From: Williamsia sp. Leaf354
GTDB lineage: Bacteria > Actinomycetota > Actinomycetes > Mycobacteriales > Mycobacteriaceae
Reading direction: 5' to 3'
Assembly (NCBI RefSeq): GCF_001424365.1
Contig: NZ_LMPL01000004.1
Coordinates: 419,831-443,830 of the forward strand
DNA length: 24,000 nt
Shown in pieces: positions 15,121 to 22,749 of this stretch. Every line of letters begins with the position of its first letter. Within the stretch, counting starts at the first letter, position 1. Both the position numbers and the translations under genes were made by a program. The notes beneath the pieces are model-generated. The model was not told the DNA's origin. It did not search any database and worked only from the letters and a program-made list of their open reading frames with translations.

Positions 15121-16353
15121 ATGACAACAGGGGTGGGAAGTCAAGGGGAGTCGCTGCGTCCGATCTGGCCGCACGCCGACGCGTTGATCACCTCGGAATG
15201 CCGGGGACTGCGGTTCAACGGCAAGTACGCCGACGTCGTCGCGCTGAGCACAGGCGACCCGACCGCACTGCGGCCGACCATCGACGAGGAGACCCGTAAG
15301 CGCGTCGCCACGTTGCCCGCCCCGCGCCGCGACACCGCACTCATCCTCGGCGCCAACGGGTTCCTGGGAGCGCACCTCATCGGGACCCTCACGCGCGACC
15401 CGTCGATCACCCGCGTCTACGCGATGATCCGGCCGACCGACTCCCAGACCGTGGAGCAGCGACTGCAGGCGACGCTCGACCAGTACGAGATCTCGGTAAA
15501 CACCGCAAAGGTCGTGTTCGTCGAGGGCAACGTCACCGAACGTCGCTTCGGCCTGAGCAAGGAGCGCTACCTCGACCTCGCCGACGAGGTCGGTCTGATC
15601 TACAACTGCGCGAGCTCCACCGACTACGTCTCGAGCTACCTCGACCTGCGTCAGGACTGGTTCATCAGCCTGCTGCGCACCCTCGAGTTCTCGATCACCC
15701 ACACCCGCAAGCACGTGACCTACGTCGGCAGCATCGGCGCCCACCTCTACCAGCGGCCCGAGGACTTCCGTCGCGCCGACTCGTGGTGGTATTCCGGCTA
15801 CGCCCAGATGAAGTGGGTCAACGCCGCACTGCTCGGCTGGCTGTCACAGTCCGACACCTACTCGGTCACGCTGTGCGAGGCGCCCTACATCCTCGGCAGC
15901 ACCCAGCGAGGTCTCGACCCCGGTCGGGCATACAGCTTCTGGCGCATCGTCGAGGTCGCGATCGCCGTCGGCGCCATCTGGGACGGGCCGGGCATGAACT
16001 ACGTGCCCGTCGACGTCATCTGCGAGGTGATGGCGCGCAACGCCACCTCCGAGCAGCCGATGACCCGGCTGCTGCCGAGCAACCCCGAGGACTACGACCA
16101 CAGCCTCTACGCCGATCTGCTGGGGCTCGATCTCGTCACGTGGGACGAGTTCTTCGGCAAGGTCGCCGACCTCGTCGGCACGAAGTTCGCCCAGACGATG
16201 CTCGGTGACAACATCGACATCCTGATGCGCAAGGTGCACAAGCCCGAGGCGATCCTGCCCGCCGACCACGACGCGTCGTGGTGCGATCACCGTCGCCTGT
16301 TCGAGCTGTACTTCAGCACGGTCAAGCTCAAGGACATGGCCGCCTCGGCATGA
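15121..16353 (+). CDS. Stand-alone thioester-reductase / fatty-acyl-reductase-like SDR (NAD_binding_4 type)
   Basis: 410 aa. Rossmann motif ALILGANGFLGAHLIG at about residue 75. Catalytic YxxxK in WWYSGYAQMKW. Layout is typical of NRPS/PKS terminal R domains and acyl-CoA reductases. High GC3. A GTG at 15133 is an alternative start. Confidence 0.8.
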   Translation: MTTGVGSQGESLRPIWPHADALITSECRGLRFNGKYADVVALSTGDPTALRPTIDEETRKRVATLPAPRRDTALILGANGFLGAHLIGTLTRDPSITRVYAMIRPTDSQTVEQRLQATLDQYEISVNTAKVVFVEGNVTERRFGLSKERYLDLADEVGLIYNCASSTDYVSSYLDLRQDWFISLLRTLEFSITHTRKHVTYVGSIGAHLYQRPEDFRRADSWWYSGYAQMKWVNAALLGWLSQSDTYSVTLCEAPYILGSTQRGLDPGRAYSFWRIVEVAIAVGAIWDGPGMNYVPVDVICEVMARNATSEQPMTRLLPSNPEDYDHSLYADLLGLDLVTWDEFFGKVADLVGTKFAQTMLGDNIDILMRKVHKPEAILPADHDASWCDHRRLFELYFSTVKLKDMAASA

Positions 16354-16565
16354 CCGCAACCGGGGGACGCACGCGGCGGGTCGAGCCCATCGCGGTGCGT
16401 CTGTCCGACACCCCACTCGCCGGGGAGCTCATCAACGCCACGTACTCGGTGGGTTTCTACCTCGCCTGCGCCGGCATCGGTCTGCTCCCCCGACGTGTGG
16501 GGTCTCCCCTGCTCGAAAGGTATGTGTCATGGGCAGCCTCGATGGACGAGGGCCGATCGCATTGA
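16350..16565 (+). CDS. Micro-ORF (71 aa) with one hydrophobic segment, translationally coupled to the reductase
   Basis: The ATG at 16350 overlaps the reductase stop (ATGA). The product is MTATGGRTRRVEPIAVRLSDTPLAGELINATYSVGFYLACAGIGLLPRR.... The first ~47 codons have high GC3 by hand count, while the other two frames look non-coding here. The last ~37 nt overlap the PSD-like start. Confidence 0.4.
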   Translation: MTATGGRTRRVEPIAVRLSDTPLAGELINATYSVGFYLACAGIGLLPRRVGSPLLERYVSWAASMDEGRSH

Positions 16566-17356
16566 CGTCCGCCCTGCGGTGGTGGCTCGTGGCCGCCGTG
16601 ACGGCGGTGGGATCGTTCGTGGCCGCGGTCGTCTACTGGCGTCTGCGATTCTTCTTCCGTGACCCGCAACGCATCCCGCCGGCCGATCCACGCGCGGTGG
16701 TCGCGTCCGCCGACGGGTTCGTCACCTACGTCAAACGCGTCGAGGCCGGCCGCGTGCCCTTCGCGGTGAAGAAGGGCCGCACCATCCCGCTCTCGGAGTT
16801 CACCGACGTGGTGCACGCCGAGCCCGGATCACCCGATGCCAGTGGCTATCTCATCGGCATCTACATGTCGGAGTACTCGGTGCACCGCAATCGCTCGCCG
16901 ATCGCGGGGTCGGTGGTGTTCCGCAGGCACCGCGGCGCCGACCCCTTCAACCGGTCGATGGCGAGGGTCGGGGCGAACCTCATCGCGCGGCACTCCCCCT
17001 ACGACGAGGGATGCGACTACCTGCTCGCCAACGAACGACTCACCATCGGCGTCGAGCACGCGGGCGGTGCCGTCGCGACGGTCACCCAGATCGCCGACCT
17101 CTGGGTCGATCGGATCGTCGCGCACGTCGAGGTCGGCGACACCCTCGACCGCGGCGAGCAGTACGGCATGATCCGCTTCGGCTCGCAGTGCGACGTGTTC
17201 CTGCCGGACTCGCTCGTCTCCGAGATCACCGTGAGCCCGGGGCAGTACGTGTTCGCGGGCAAGACCACGGTCGCTCTCTCGCCGGTGTCGGTGGCGCAGT
17301 CGCCTCTCGCCGCTCGCCCCGCCTCGGCACGGGCACCGGAGGAGGTGCACTCGTGA
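16529..17356 (+). CDS. Phosphatidylserine-decarboxylase-family (short, pyruvoyl-dependent) proenzyme, divergent paralogue
   Basis: 275 aa. An N-terminal TM helix is followed by FFFRDPQRIPPADPRAVVASADG, which parallels Mtb Psd FFRHPQRVPP...IVAPADG. The self-cleavage context YGMIRFGSQCDVFLP parallels YGLIRFGSRLDTYLP. SD GAAAGG lies 8 nt upstream of the ATG. TTG 16562 is an alternative start. Confidence 0.8.
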   Translation: MGSLDGRGPIALTSALRWWLVAAVTAVGSFVAAVVYWRLRFFFRDPQRIPPADPRAVVASADGFVTYVKRVEAGRVPFAVKKGRTIPLSEFTDVVHAEPGSPDASGYLIGIYMSEYSVHRNRSPIAGSVVFRRHRGADPFNRSMARVGANLIARHSPYDEGCDYLLANERLTIGVEHAGGAVATVTQIADLWVDRIVAHVEVGDTLDRGEQYGMIRFGSQCDVFLPDSLVSEITVSPGQYVFAGKTTVALSPVSVAQSPLAARPASARAPEEVHS

Positions 17357-18510
17357 TCACCGTCCGCCCCGTCCAGTCCGCGCGCGACTGGGACGACTTC
17401 GCCGCGGTGTACCGGACCGTCTACCGCGACGACCCCCACGCCCTGCCCGACGAACCGATCGACCTGACGATCCTGCGTCGCCCGAACCCGGAACTGGCGC
17501 AGGAGCGGCGCTTCCAGGCGTTCGTGGCCCGCGACGGTGATCGACCCGTGGGCCGTGTCGTCGCGATCCACGACCTCGCCTTCACTCAGTACACCGGGGA
17601 GTCGTTGGGGTTCTTCGGTTTCTACGAGGCCATCGACGACCACGTCGTCGCGACCGACCTCCTCGACGCCGCCGCGGCGTGGGTGTCGGTGCGCGGGCTG
17701 GCCACCATGGCCGGACCGTTCAGCCCGTCGATGTTCTACAGCGCCGGCATCGTCGTCGACGCGCAGGCTCGCCTCCCGCTCATCGGTATGCCGCACAACC
17801 CGCTGTACTACGCCGAACAGTTCGAGAAGTGGGGACTGGTCAGCATGAAGGACTTCTACAGCTATCGCTTCGACGAGCCGTACCAGATGTTCTGCAGCGA
17901 GAAGTTCGCCCGCCACAAACAGCTCTACGAGCGGGTGAGCGCGCGGTCGGAGATCACCTTCCGGCGCATGCGCTATCGGACGCTGGCACGCGACACCGAG
18001 ATCATCCGCGAGCTGTACAACACGACGTTCAAGGACTTCTGGGGTTTCTCGCCGCTGTCGCGACCCGAGATGCGGGATCTGCAGAAGATGATGCTGCCCA
18101 TCCTCGACCCGCACCTGACGTTGTTGGCCGAGTACCAGGGCAAGCCGGTGGCCTTCTTCATGGGCATCCCCGATGCGAACCAGGCGATGGAGCGCGCGTC
18201 GAGGTTCCGGTTCCGCTGGGTCCGTGACGTCGCGACGCTCTGGTACGTCAAGGGCCCCAAGCGGACCCGCCTGATGGACGGCGTCCGCGTCGACATGATG
18301 CTCGTCGACTCGACCTGCCCGGACCGGTCGGTCGCCTCGCAGGTGATCGTCGAGATGTGGCGCCGCATCGAAGAACGCGGCTACACGCGGATGGAGGGCG
18401 CACCGGTCCTCGACGACAGCGAGTGGATGAAGGGTTCGGTGCTCTCGCGCGTCGAGATGGGCCCGTATCGGACATATCGGATCTACAGTCGGGATCTCGA
18501 CCCGGCGTGA
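17353..18510 (+). CDS. Large (385 aa) GNAT-superfamily-like acyltransferase of an uncharacterised family
   Basis: The track ORF 17011..18510 is trimmed to GTG 17353, which overlaps the PSD-like stop (GTGA). GGAGGAGG lies 7 nt upstream. ...FQAFVARDGDRPVGRVVAIHD...GESLGFFGFYEAIDD...AAAWVSVRGLATMAGPFSPSMFYSAGIVVD...MPHNPLYYAEQFEKWGL... matches my memory of a widespread family annotated only as GNAT N-acetyltransferase. Not searched. Confidence 0.7.
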   Translation: MITVRPVQSARDWDDFAAVYRTVYRDDPHALPDEPIDLTILRRPNPELAQERRFQAFVARDGDRPVGRVVAIHDLAFTQYTGESLGFFGFYEAIDDHVVATDLLDAAAAWVSVRGLATMAGPFSPSMFYSAGIVVDAQARLPLIGMPHNPLYYAEQFEKWGLVSMKDFYSYRFDEPYQMFCSEKFARHKQLYERVSARSEITFRRMRYRTLARDTEIIRELYNTTFKDFWGFSPLSRPEMRDLQKMMLPILDPHLTLLAEYQGKPVAFFMGIPDANQAMERASRFRFRWVRDVATLWYVKGPKRTRLMDGVRVDMMLVDSTCPDRSVASQVIVEMWRRIEERGYTRMEGAPVLDDSEWMKGSVLSRVEMGPYRTYRIYSRDLDPA

Positions 18511-18564
18511 TCGGGCGACACGACGCCCGCACGGCAGGAGACGATCTGGAGGTGGCGAGACGCC

Positions 18565-20793
18565 ATGGTTGACACCGCACAGCAGCCCGAGGAACGACAG
18601 GGGCGCGCGTCGACCGGTCGGGCACCGATCGGTCAGCGGTGGGGCGAGTTCGTCGCACGACACCGCTACCGCGTCATCGTCGTCGGCCTCCTGCTCGCCC
18701 TCGGCTCGGCCGCGCTGTACCCGGCGCTGCAGTCGAAGTTGGTGGGCGTCGACTTCTCGGTGTCGGGCACCGACTCGAGCCGCTCGGATGCATTGCTCGC
18801 GAAGCACTTCGCCGACTACGGCACCGAGCAACTCGCGGTGACCTTCTCCTCGACCACCTCCACGACCGCGGACGCGGCCTTCCGGTCGCGGGTCACCGCC
18901 GTCGTCGACGATCTCCGCACCTCGACCGACGTCGTCAGCGTCGTCGACCCCTATCAGACACAGGGTTTCGCGCCGCAGATCTCCCGGGACAAGACCGCGG
19001 CGGTGGCCCTCGTCGGGGTCCGCGGTGACGCCAGCCAACGCATCGGTGTCGCCGAACGCCTGCAGGAACGGCTCGACGGAGCCTCCCGCGACGGCATCAC
19101 GGTCGCGATGACGGGCTACTCCCCCATGACCGTCGACCTCACGCGGGTGGAGTCCGCCGACGCCACGCGCGCCGAGAGCGTCGGCATCCCGTTGGCGTTG
19201 CTGGTGTTGGTGTTGGCCCTCGGCGGTCTGGTCGCCGGCCTGATCCCGTTGATCTCCACCGGGTTCGGGCTGCTCATCGCCTTCGGCGTGATCGCGCTGT
19301 TGGCCAACGTCATGACCTTCGACATCCTCGTCACGACGGTCGCGTCGATGATCGGGCTCGGTCTCGGCATCGACTACTCGCTGTTCATCGTCAGCCGGTT
19401 CCGTGAGGAACTCGCGCGCCGGGGGGTCACCACCCGCGGCGACACCGAGGCCATCCGACGGTCGGTCGGTGTCGCGATGGCGACCGCCGGGCACACCATC
19501 GCCGTCTCGGGTCTGGTGGTGATGATCGCGTTGGCCTCGCTGACCATCGTCGACGTCCCCGCGGTGCGCACCATCTCCCTCGTCGTCGCGGTCACCATCG
19601 TGTGCGTCCTCGTGGTGGCGTGGACGATGCTGCCCGCGGCCCTGGCGGCGCTGGGTCCCGCGGTCGACCGCGTCGGACTGCCGGCCCGATACCGACCCGC
19701 CGACGCCCGTCCCACCGACGAGTCGTCGACGCGCGGCAGCTGGTGGGCCCGTTGGGCGCGCCACGTGATGCGCAACCCGTGGCGCTACGCGGTCGCCGGG
19801 GTGCTGCTGCTGGTGATCTGCATGATCCCGATCGGTTCGATCCGCTACGGCGTCGACATCGGGACCGCCGCGCTGCGCGACCAGCCGAGCGGCCCGGCCA
19901 ACACGGTGCTGTCGCAGAAGTTCGCGGCGGGCACCATCTCGCCGATCACGACGGTGTTCACCGGCGGGTCGGACGGCGGGCAGCTCTCCGACAGCCAGGC
20001 CGAACGCGCGGTGGAGTTCGAGTACGGTCTGCGCACCGATCCGCGCGTGTCGTACACGTACTCCCAGAGCAACGACGGCCGGTCGCTGATGGTGGTGATA
20101 CCCGCGGTCGCGATCGACTCGACCGACGCCATCGAGCTGGTGCAGAGCATCCGCGACAAGGCCGCGACGATGACGGCCGACGGTGGTCCCCGCGCCTATG
20201 TCGGGGGGACCACGGCGCTCGTCGTCGACGCGTCCGACGAGATCTCGGGGAAGATGCCGTGGGTCATCGTTCTCATCCTGGGGTTCTCGCTGCTGTATCT
20301 GGGGCTGGTGTTCCGCAGCGTCGTGATCCCGGTGAAGGCCGTGGTGATGAACGTCCTCGTCACCGGCGCCGCGCTGGGGCTGACCGTCGCGGTCTTCCAG
20401 TGGGGGTGGCTGCAGTCGGTGCTGGGGTTCACCTCGGCCGGCTACATCCAGGTGTACCTACCGGTCACGGTGTTCGCGGTCGTGTTCGGTCTGTCGATGG
20501 ACTACGAGGTGTTCCTCATCGGGCGCATGCGAGAGGTGTTCCGTCGCGACGGCGACAGCGACGCCGCCGTGGTCGACGGCATCGAGCACACCGCCCGACC
20601 CATCACCGCCGCCGCGGCGATCATGGTCGTGGTGTTCGGCGCGTTCCTCAGCGCCGACGTCCTCGAGCTCAAACAGTTCGGTTTCGCACTCGCGGTCGCG
20701 GTCATCTTCGACGCGATCCTGGTCCGGATGATGCTCGTGCCCGCGATGATGACGCTGTTCGGCTCACGCAACTGGTGGCCGGGACACCGCTGA
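18565..20793 (+). CDS. MMPL-family (RND superfamily) membrane transporter
   Basis: 742 aa with two 6-TM bundles. Hallmark blocks: GLGIDYSLFIVSRFREEL, ATAGHTIAVSGLVVM, GLSMDYEVFLIGRMREVF, and C-terminal LVPAMMTLFGSRNWW. Confidence 0.9.
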   Translation: MVDTAQQPEERQGRASTGRAPIGQRWGEFVARHRYRVIVVGLLLALGSAALYPALQSKLVGVDFSVSGTDSSRSDALLAKHFADYGTEQLAVTFSSTTSTTADAAFRSRVTAVVDDLRTSTDVVSVVDPYQTQGFAPQISRDKTAAVALVGVRGDASQRIGVAERLQERLDGASRDGITVAMTGYSPMTVDLTRVESADATRAESVGIPLALLVLVLALGGLVAGLIPLISTGFGLLIAFGVIALLANVMTFDILVTTVASMIGLGLGIDYSLFIVSRFREELARRGVTTRGDTEAIRRSVGVAMATAGHTIAVSGLVVMIALASLTIVDVPAVRTISLVVAVTIVCVLVVAWTMLPAALAALGPAVDRVGLPARYRPADARPTDESSTRGSWWARWARHVMRNPWRYAVAGVLLLVICMIPIGSIRYGVDIGTAALRDQPSGPANTVLSQKFAAGTISPITTVFTGGSDGGQLSDSQAERAVEFEYGLRTDPRVSYTYSQSNDGRSLMVVIPAVAIDSTDAIELVQSIRDKAATMTADGGPRAYVGGTTALVVDASDEISGKMPWVIVLILGFSLLYLGLVFRSVVIPVKAVVMNVLVTGAALGLTVAVFQWGWLQSVLGFTSAGYIQVYLPVTVFAVVFGLSMDYEVFLIGRMREVFRRDGDSDAAVVDGIEHTARPITAAAAIMVVVFGAFLSADVLELKQFGFALAVAVIFDAILVRMMLVPAMMTLFGSRNWWPGHR

Positions 20794-20818
20794 CCCGGTC
20801 CGCTCAGGTCACAGCAAA

Positions 20819-20850
20819 GGGCCGGTCGCCGCGAATGCGACGACCAGCCC
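20819..20850. terminator. Imperfect hairpin between convergent mmpL and rpmF
   Basis: gggccggtcg (20819..20828) pairs with cgaccagccc (20841..20850): 9 of 10 pairs and a 12-nt loop. Confidence 0.3.
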
Positions 20851-20875
20851 TGGTGCGGTGCTGTGCGAGAAGGGT

Positions 20876-21049
20876 CTAGCGACGATCGAGATCGATGATC
20901 CCGAGCTTCACTGCCTTCACGAGGCGACGCGGCACCCGCTGGCTCACGCCACCGGCCTTCACCTCTTGCAACGGCGGGTTCTCCGCCTTCCACTGCGAAC
21001 GACGACTGCGGGTGTTGGACCGCGACATCCTGCGCTTCGGTACAGCCAT
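20876..21049 (-). CDS. rpmF: 50S ribosomal protein L32 (Cys-less)
   Basis: Below the track size cutoff. Hand translation: [57 protein letters not shown], stop TAG at 20876..20878. The L32 N-terminus is canonical. SD AAGAAGGG lies upstream. Confidence 0.9.
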   Translation of the reverse strand: MAVPKRRMSRSNTRSRRSQWKAENPPLQEVKAGGVSQRVPRRLVKAVKLGIIDLDRR

Positions 21050-21084
21050 GATCAAGCCCTTCTTCGAATCAGTTCTGGTGAGAA

Positions 21085-21348
21085 CTACGTCTGCGTCGGA
21101 CGCGCTCGGCGCCCGTATCGGCGCTCGAACTTCTCGACTCGTCCTGCCGTGTCCATCACGCGGGTCGCCCCGGTCCAGAAAGGGTGCGAGTCTGACGTGA
21201 CATCGACAACCACAAGAGGGTACCGGTTACCGTCCTCCCACTCCAAAAGCACGTCGGAGGTCACGGTCGACCGGGTGAGAAAGGTCTTCCCTGTCGCGGA
21301 GTCGCGGAACAGCACGGGGTGGTAGTCGGGGTGGAGTCCTGGCTTCAT
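21085..21348 (-). CDS. rpmE2: 50S ribosomal protein L31 type B (Cys-less, zinc-independent paralogue)
   Basis: These are the last 87 codons of track ORF 21085..22446: [32 protein letters not shown]...[34 protein letters not shown]. There is no CxxC motif. ATGA overlap with the upstream COG0523-like gene. Confidence 0.9.
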   Translation of the reverse strand: MKPGLHPDYHPVLFRDSATGKTFLTRSTVTSDVLLEWEDGNRYPLVVVDVTSDSHPFWTGATRVMDTAGRVEKFERRYGRRARPTQT

Positions 21349-22658
21349 GGTCGGTCTGCCTCTCGTGGGTGGTTGGCGGGGACGTCGGTGGATCCGGCAT
21401 CGGCGTCGTCGAGCGGGTCGGCGTCGACACAGGGATCGCGATGGAAGGTGCCGAAGGGGTCGGGCCAGCGGTCCCAGGCGGCCTGGCCGGCCGCCATCTC
21501 GGTCTCGGTCAGGCAGGCCGCGCCGAGGGTCTCGACGATGTGTCGCGGGTCGGCGCGGTGGACGAGGACGACGATGCTGGTGTCGCGGTCGCCGAAGTCG
21601 GGGTGCCATCGCAGCGAGGCCATGGACACCCGCTCGGGCGCGCATCGGGCGACCTCGTCGGCGGTCATCGTGGCCAGCCACGGGCCGCCGGTCGCCACCC
21701 GCAGGCCACCGCCCGCGCTCTCGAGCCACAGCGCCTCGTCGGGTTGGGTCGCGACCCACAGCCGCCCGCGCGAGCACACGACACCGTCGAGCAGGCAGTC
21801 GATCGCGTCGTGCAGACGGCCCGGGTGCATCGGTCGGTCGGCGGTGAACTCGACGATCTGCACACCGCAGTCGTCGTCGAGCGGGGGTTGACCGGTCAGG
21901 AGCGGGTCGTGGGCACCGGTGCTGCGGCCTCGGCGCGCGTCGGGTGCGACGGCGGCGAGCAGGGCCTCGATCATCGCCGCCGATACCGGGCGCTGCGGTG
22001 TCTCGAGGAGGACCGGAGCCCGTGGCGCGAGTCGTGCCACCACCGCCCCGAATCGTGCGGCCTGCCATCCGTCGTCGGCGGCCCCGCCCACCACGAGGGC
22101 GTCGGCGAACTCGACGTGGCCGACCGCGACCTGCGCCATCGTCCGCTCGTCTTCGTCGTCCGGTGGGAGGAGTCCCGCCTCGGCGAGGGTGTCGTCGCCC
22201 GTCGCGTCGGCCAGCCAGGTGGCGCCGTCGACGCAGCCGATCACCGCGGCGATCTCCACGTCGCGACCGGCGGGACCGTCGATCTGCCCCGGCAGGTCGG
22301 CGACGACGACGTGCTCGATGGCCCAGCACAGCGGCTCGGGCTCGATGAGCGGGTCGAGGGCCAGCACGATCCGCTCCACCCGACCGCGACGGTGCAGTGA
22401 CCGCAGCAGCGGCAGGAGGTCCTCCCGCAGCGCGCACGACACACATCCGTGCACGAGGTCGACCTGGGTGACGCGGGTGAGCGGTGCCCCGGTGGTGTCG
22501 TGGTCGTGCATCGTGCGGGTCATCGAGCCCTGCGACAGAGACGCGAGGTCGTGGTGGACCACCACGGTTCCGGGGACCGCCATGGCCGAGGCGACCGCAT
22601 CGACGGCGAGGGGATCGAAACCGGTCACGACCACGACCGGAGTGCGGTTCACGGCCAC
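21345..22658 (-). CDS. COG0523/CobW-like protein with degenerate nucleotide-binding and CxCC motifs
   Basis: 437 aa, GTG start. COG0523 architecture with [19 protein letters not shown] in place of the Walker [22 protein letters not shown] replaces [18 protein letters not shown] replaces ETTGLADP. A CobW_C-like region follows ([38 protein letters not shown]). Confidence 0.8.
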   Translation of the reverse strand: MAVNRTPVVVVTGFDPLAVDAVASAMAVPGTVVVHHDLASLSQGSMTRTMHDHDTTGAPLTRVTQVDLVHGCVSCALREDLLPLLRSLHRRGRVERIVLALDPLIEPEPLCWAIEHVVVADLPGQIDGPAGRDVEIAAVIGCVDGATWLADATGDDTLAEAGLLPPDDEDERTMAQVAVGHVEFADALVVGGAADDGWQAARFGAVVARLAPRAPVLLETPQRPVSAAMIEALLAAVAPDARRGRSTGAHDPLLTGQPPLDDDCGVQIVEFTADRPMHPGRLHDAIDCLLDGVVCSRGRLWVATQPDEALWLESAGGGLRVATGGPWLATMTADEVARCAPERVSMASLRWHPDFGDRDTSIVVLVHRADPRHIVETLGAACLTETEMAAGQAAWDRWPDPFGTFHRDPCVDADPLDDADAGSTDVPANHPREADRP

Positions 22659-22676
22659 GGCGGGCCGCCTTCGTTG

Positions 22677-22695
22677 TTGATAACCATTGTCATCA
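22677..22695. promoter_or_regulatory. Zur-box-like palindrome in the divergent promoter region
   Basis: TTGATAACCATTGTCATCA. The 18 nt TGATAACCATTGTCATCA are self-complementary at 14 of 18 positions. The core matches 11 of 15 positions of the recalled actinobacterial Zur consensus TGAAAATGATTTTCA. It lies between the COG0523-like start (22658) and the rpmB2 start (22750). Confidence 0.45.
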
Positions 22696-22713
22696 TGGTG
22701 TTAGCCTAGCCCG

Positions 22714-22732
22714 TATCGACAATCGTTACCAA
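22714..22732. promoter_or_regulatory. Second, weaker Zur-box-like element, an inverted copy of the first
   Basis: TATCGACAATCGTTACCAA. It shares GACAAT(C/G)GTTA(C/T)CAA with the reverse complement of the 22677..22695 element. It sits just upstream of the rpmB2 SD (GGAGGG at 22741). Confidence 0.3.
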
Positions 22733-22749
22733 CAAGCATCGGAGGGACC

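Noticed and set aside
15121-20793. Interpreting the lipid operon as a horizontally acquired island or mobile element.
   Set aside because: There is no integrase, transposase, flanking tRNA or terminal repeats. Base composition and codon bias look the same as in the surrounding core genes by eye.
20876-21049. Calling L32 a Zur-regulated zinc-independent alternative paralogue simply because it lacks cysteines.
   Set aside because: The sole L32 of M. tuberculosis (Rv0979A, also near mprA) is, as I recall it, likewise Cys-less and nearly identical in layout. Absence of Cys is therefore probably the lineage default. Only the operon context is flagged as a finding.
21349-22446. Upstream 366 codons of the 453-aa ORF 21085..22446 (-).
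   Set aside because: Only the last 87 codons (from [11 protein letters not shown]) are ribosomal protein L31B. The rest is an Arg/Pro-rich out-of-frame overlap of the COG0523-like gene.
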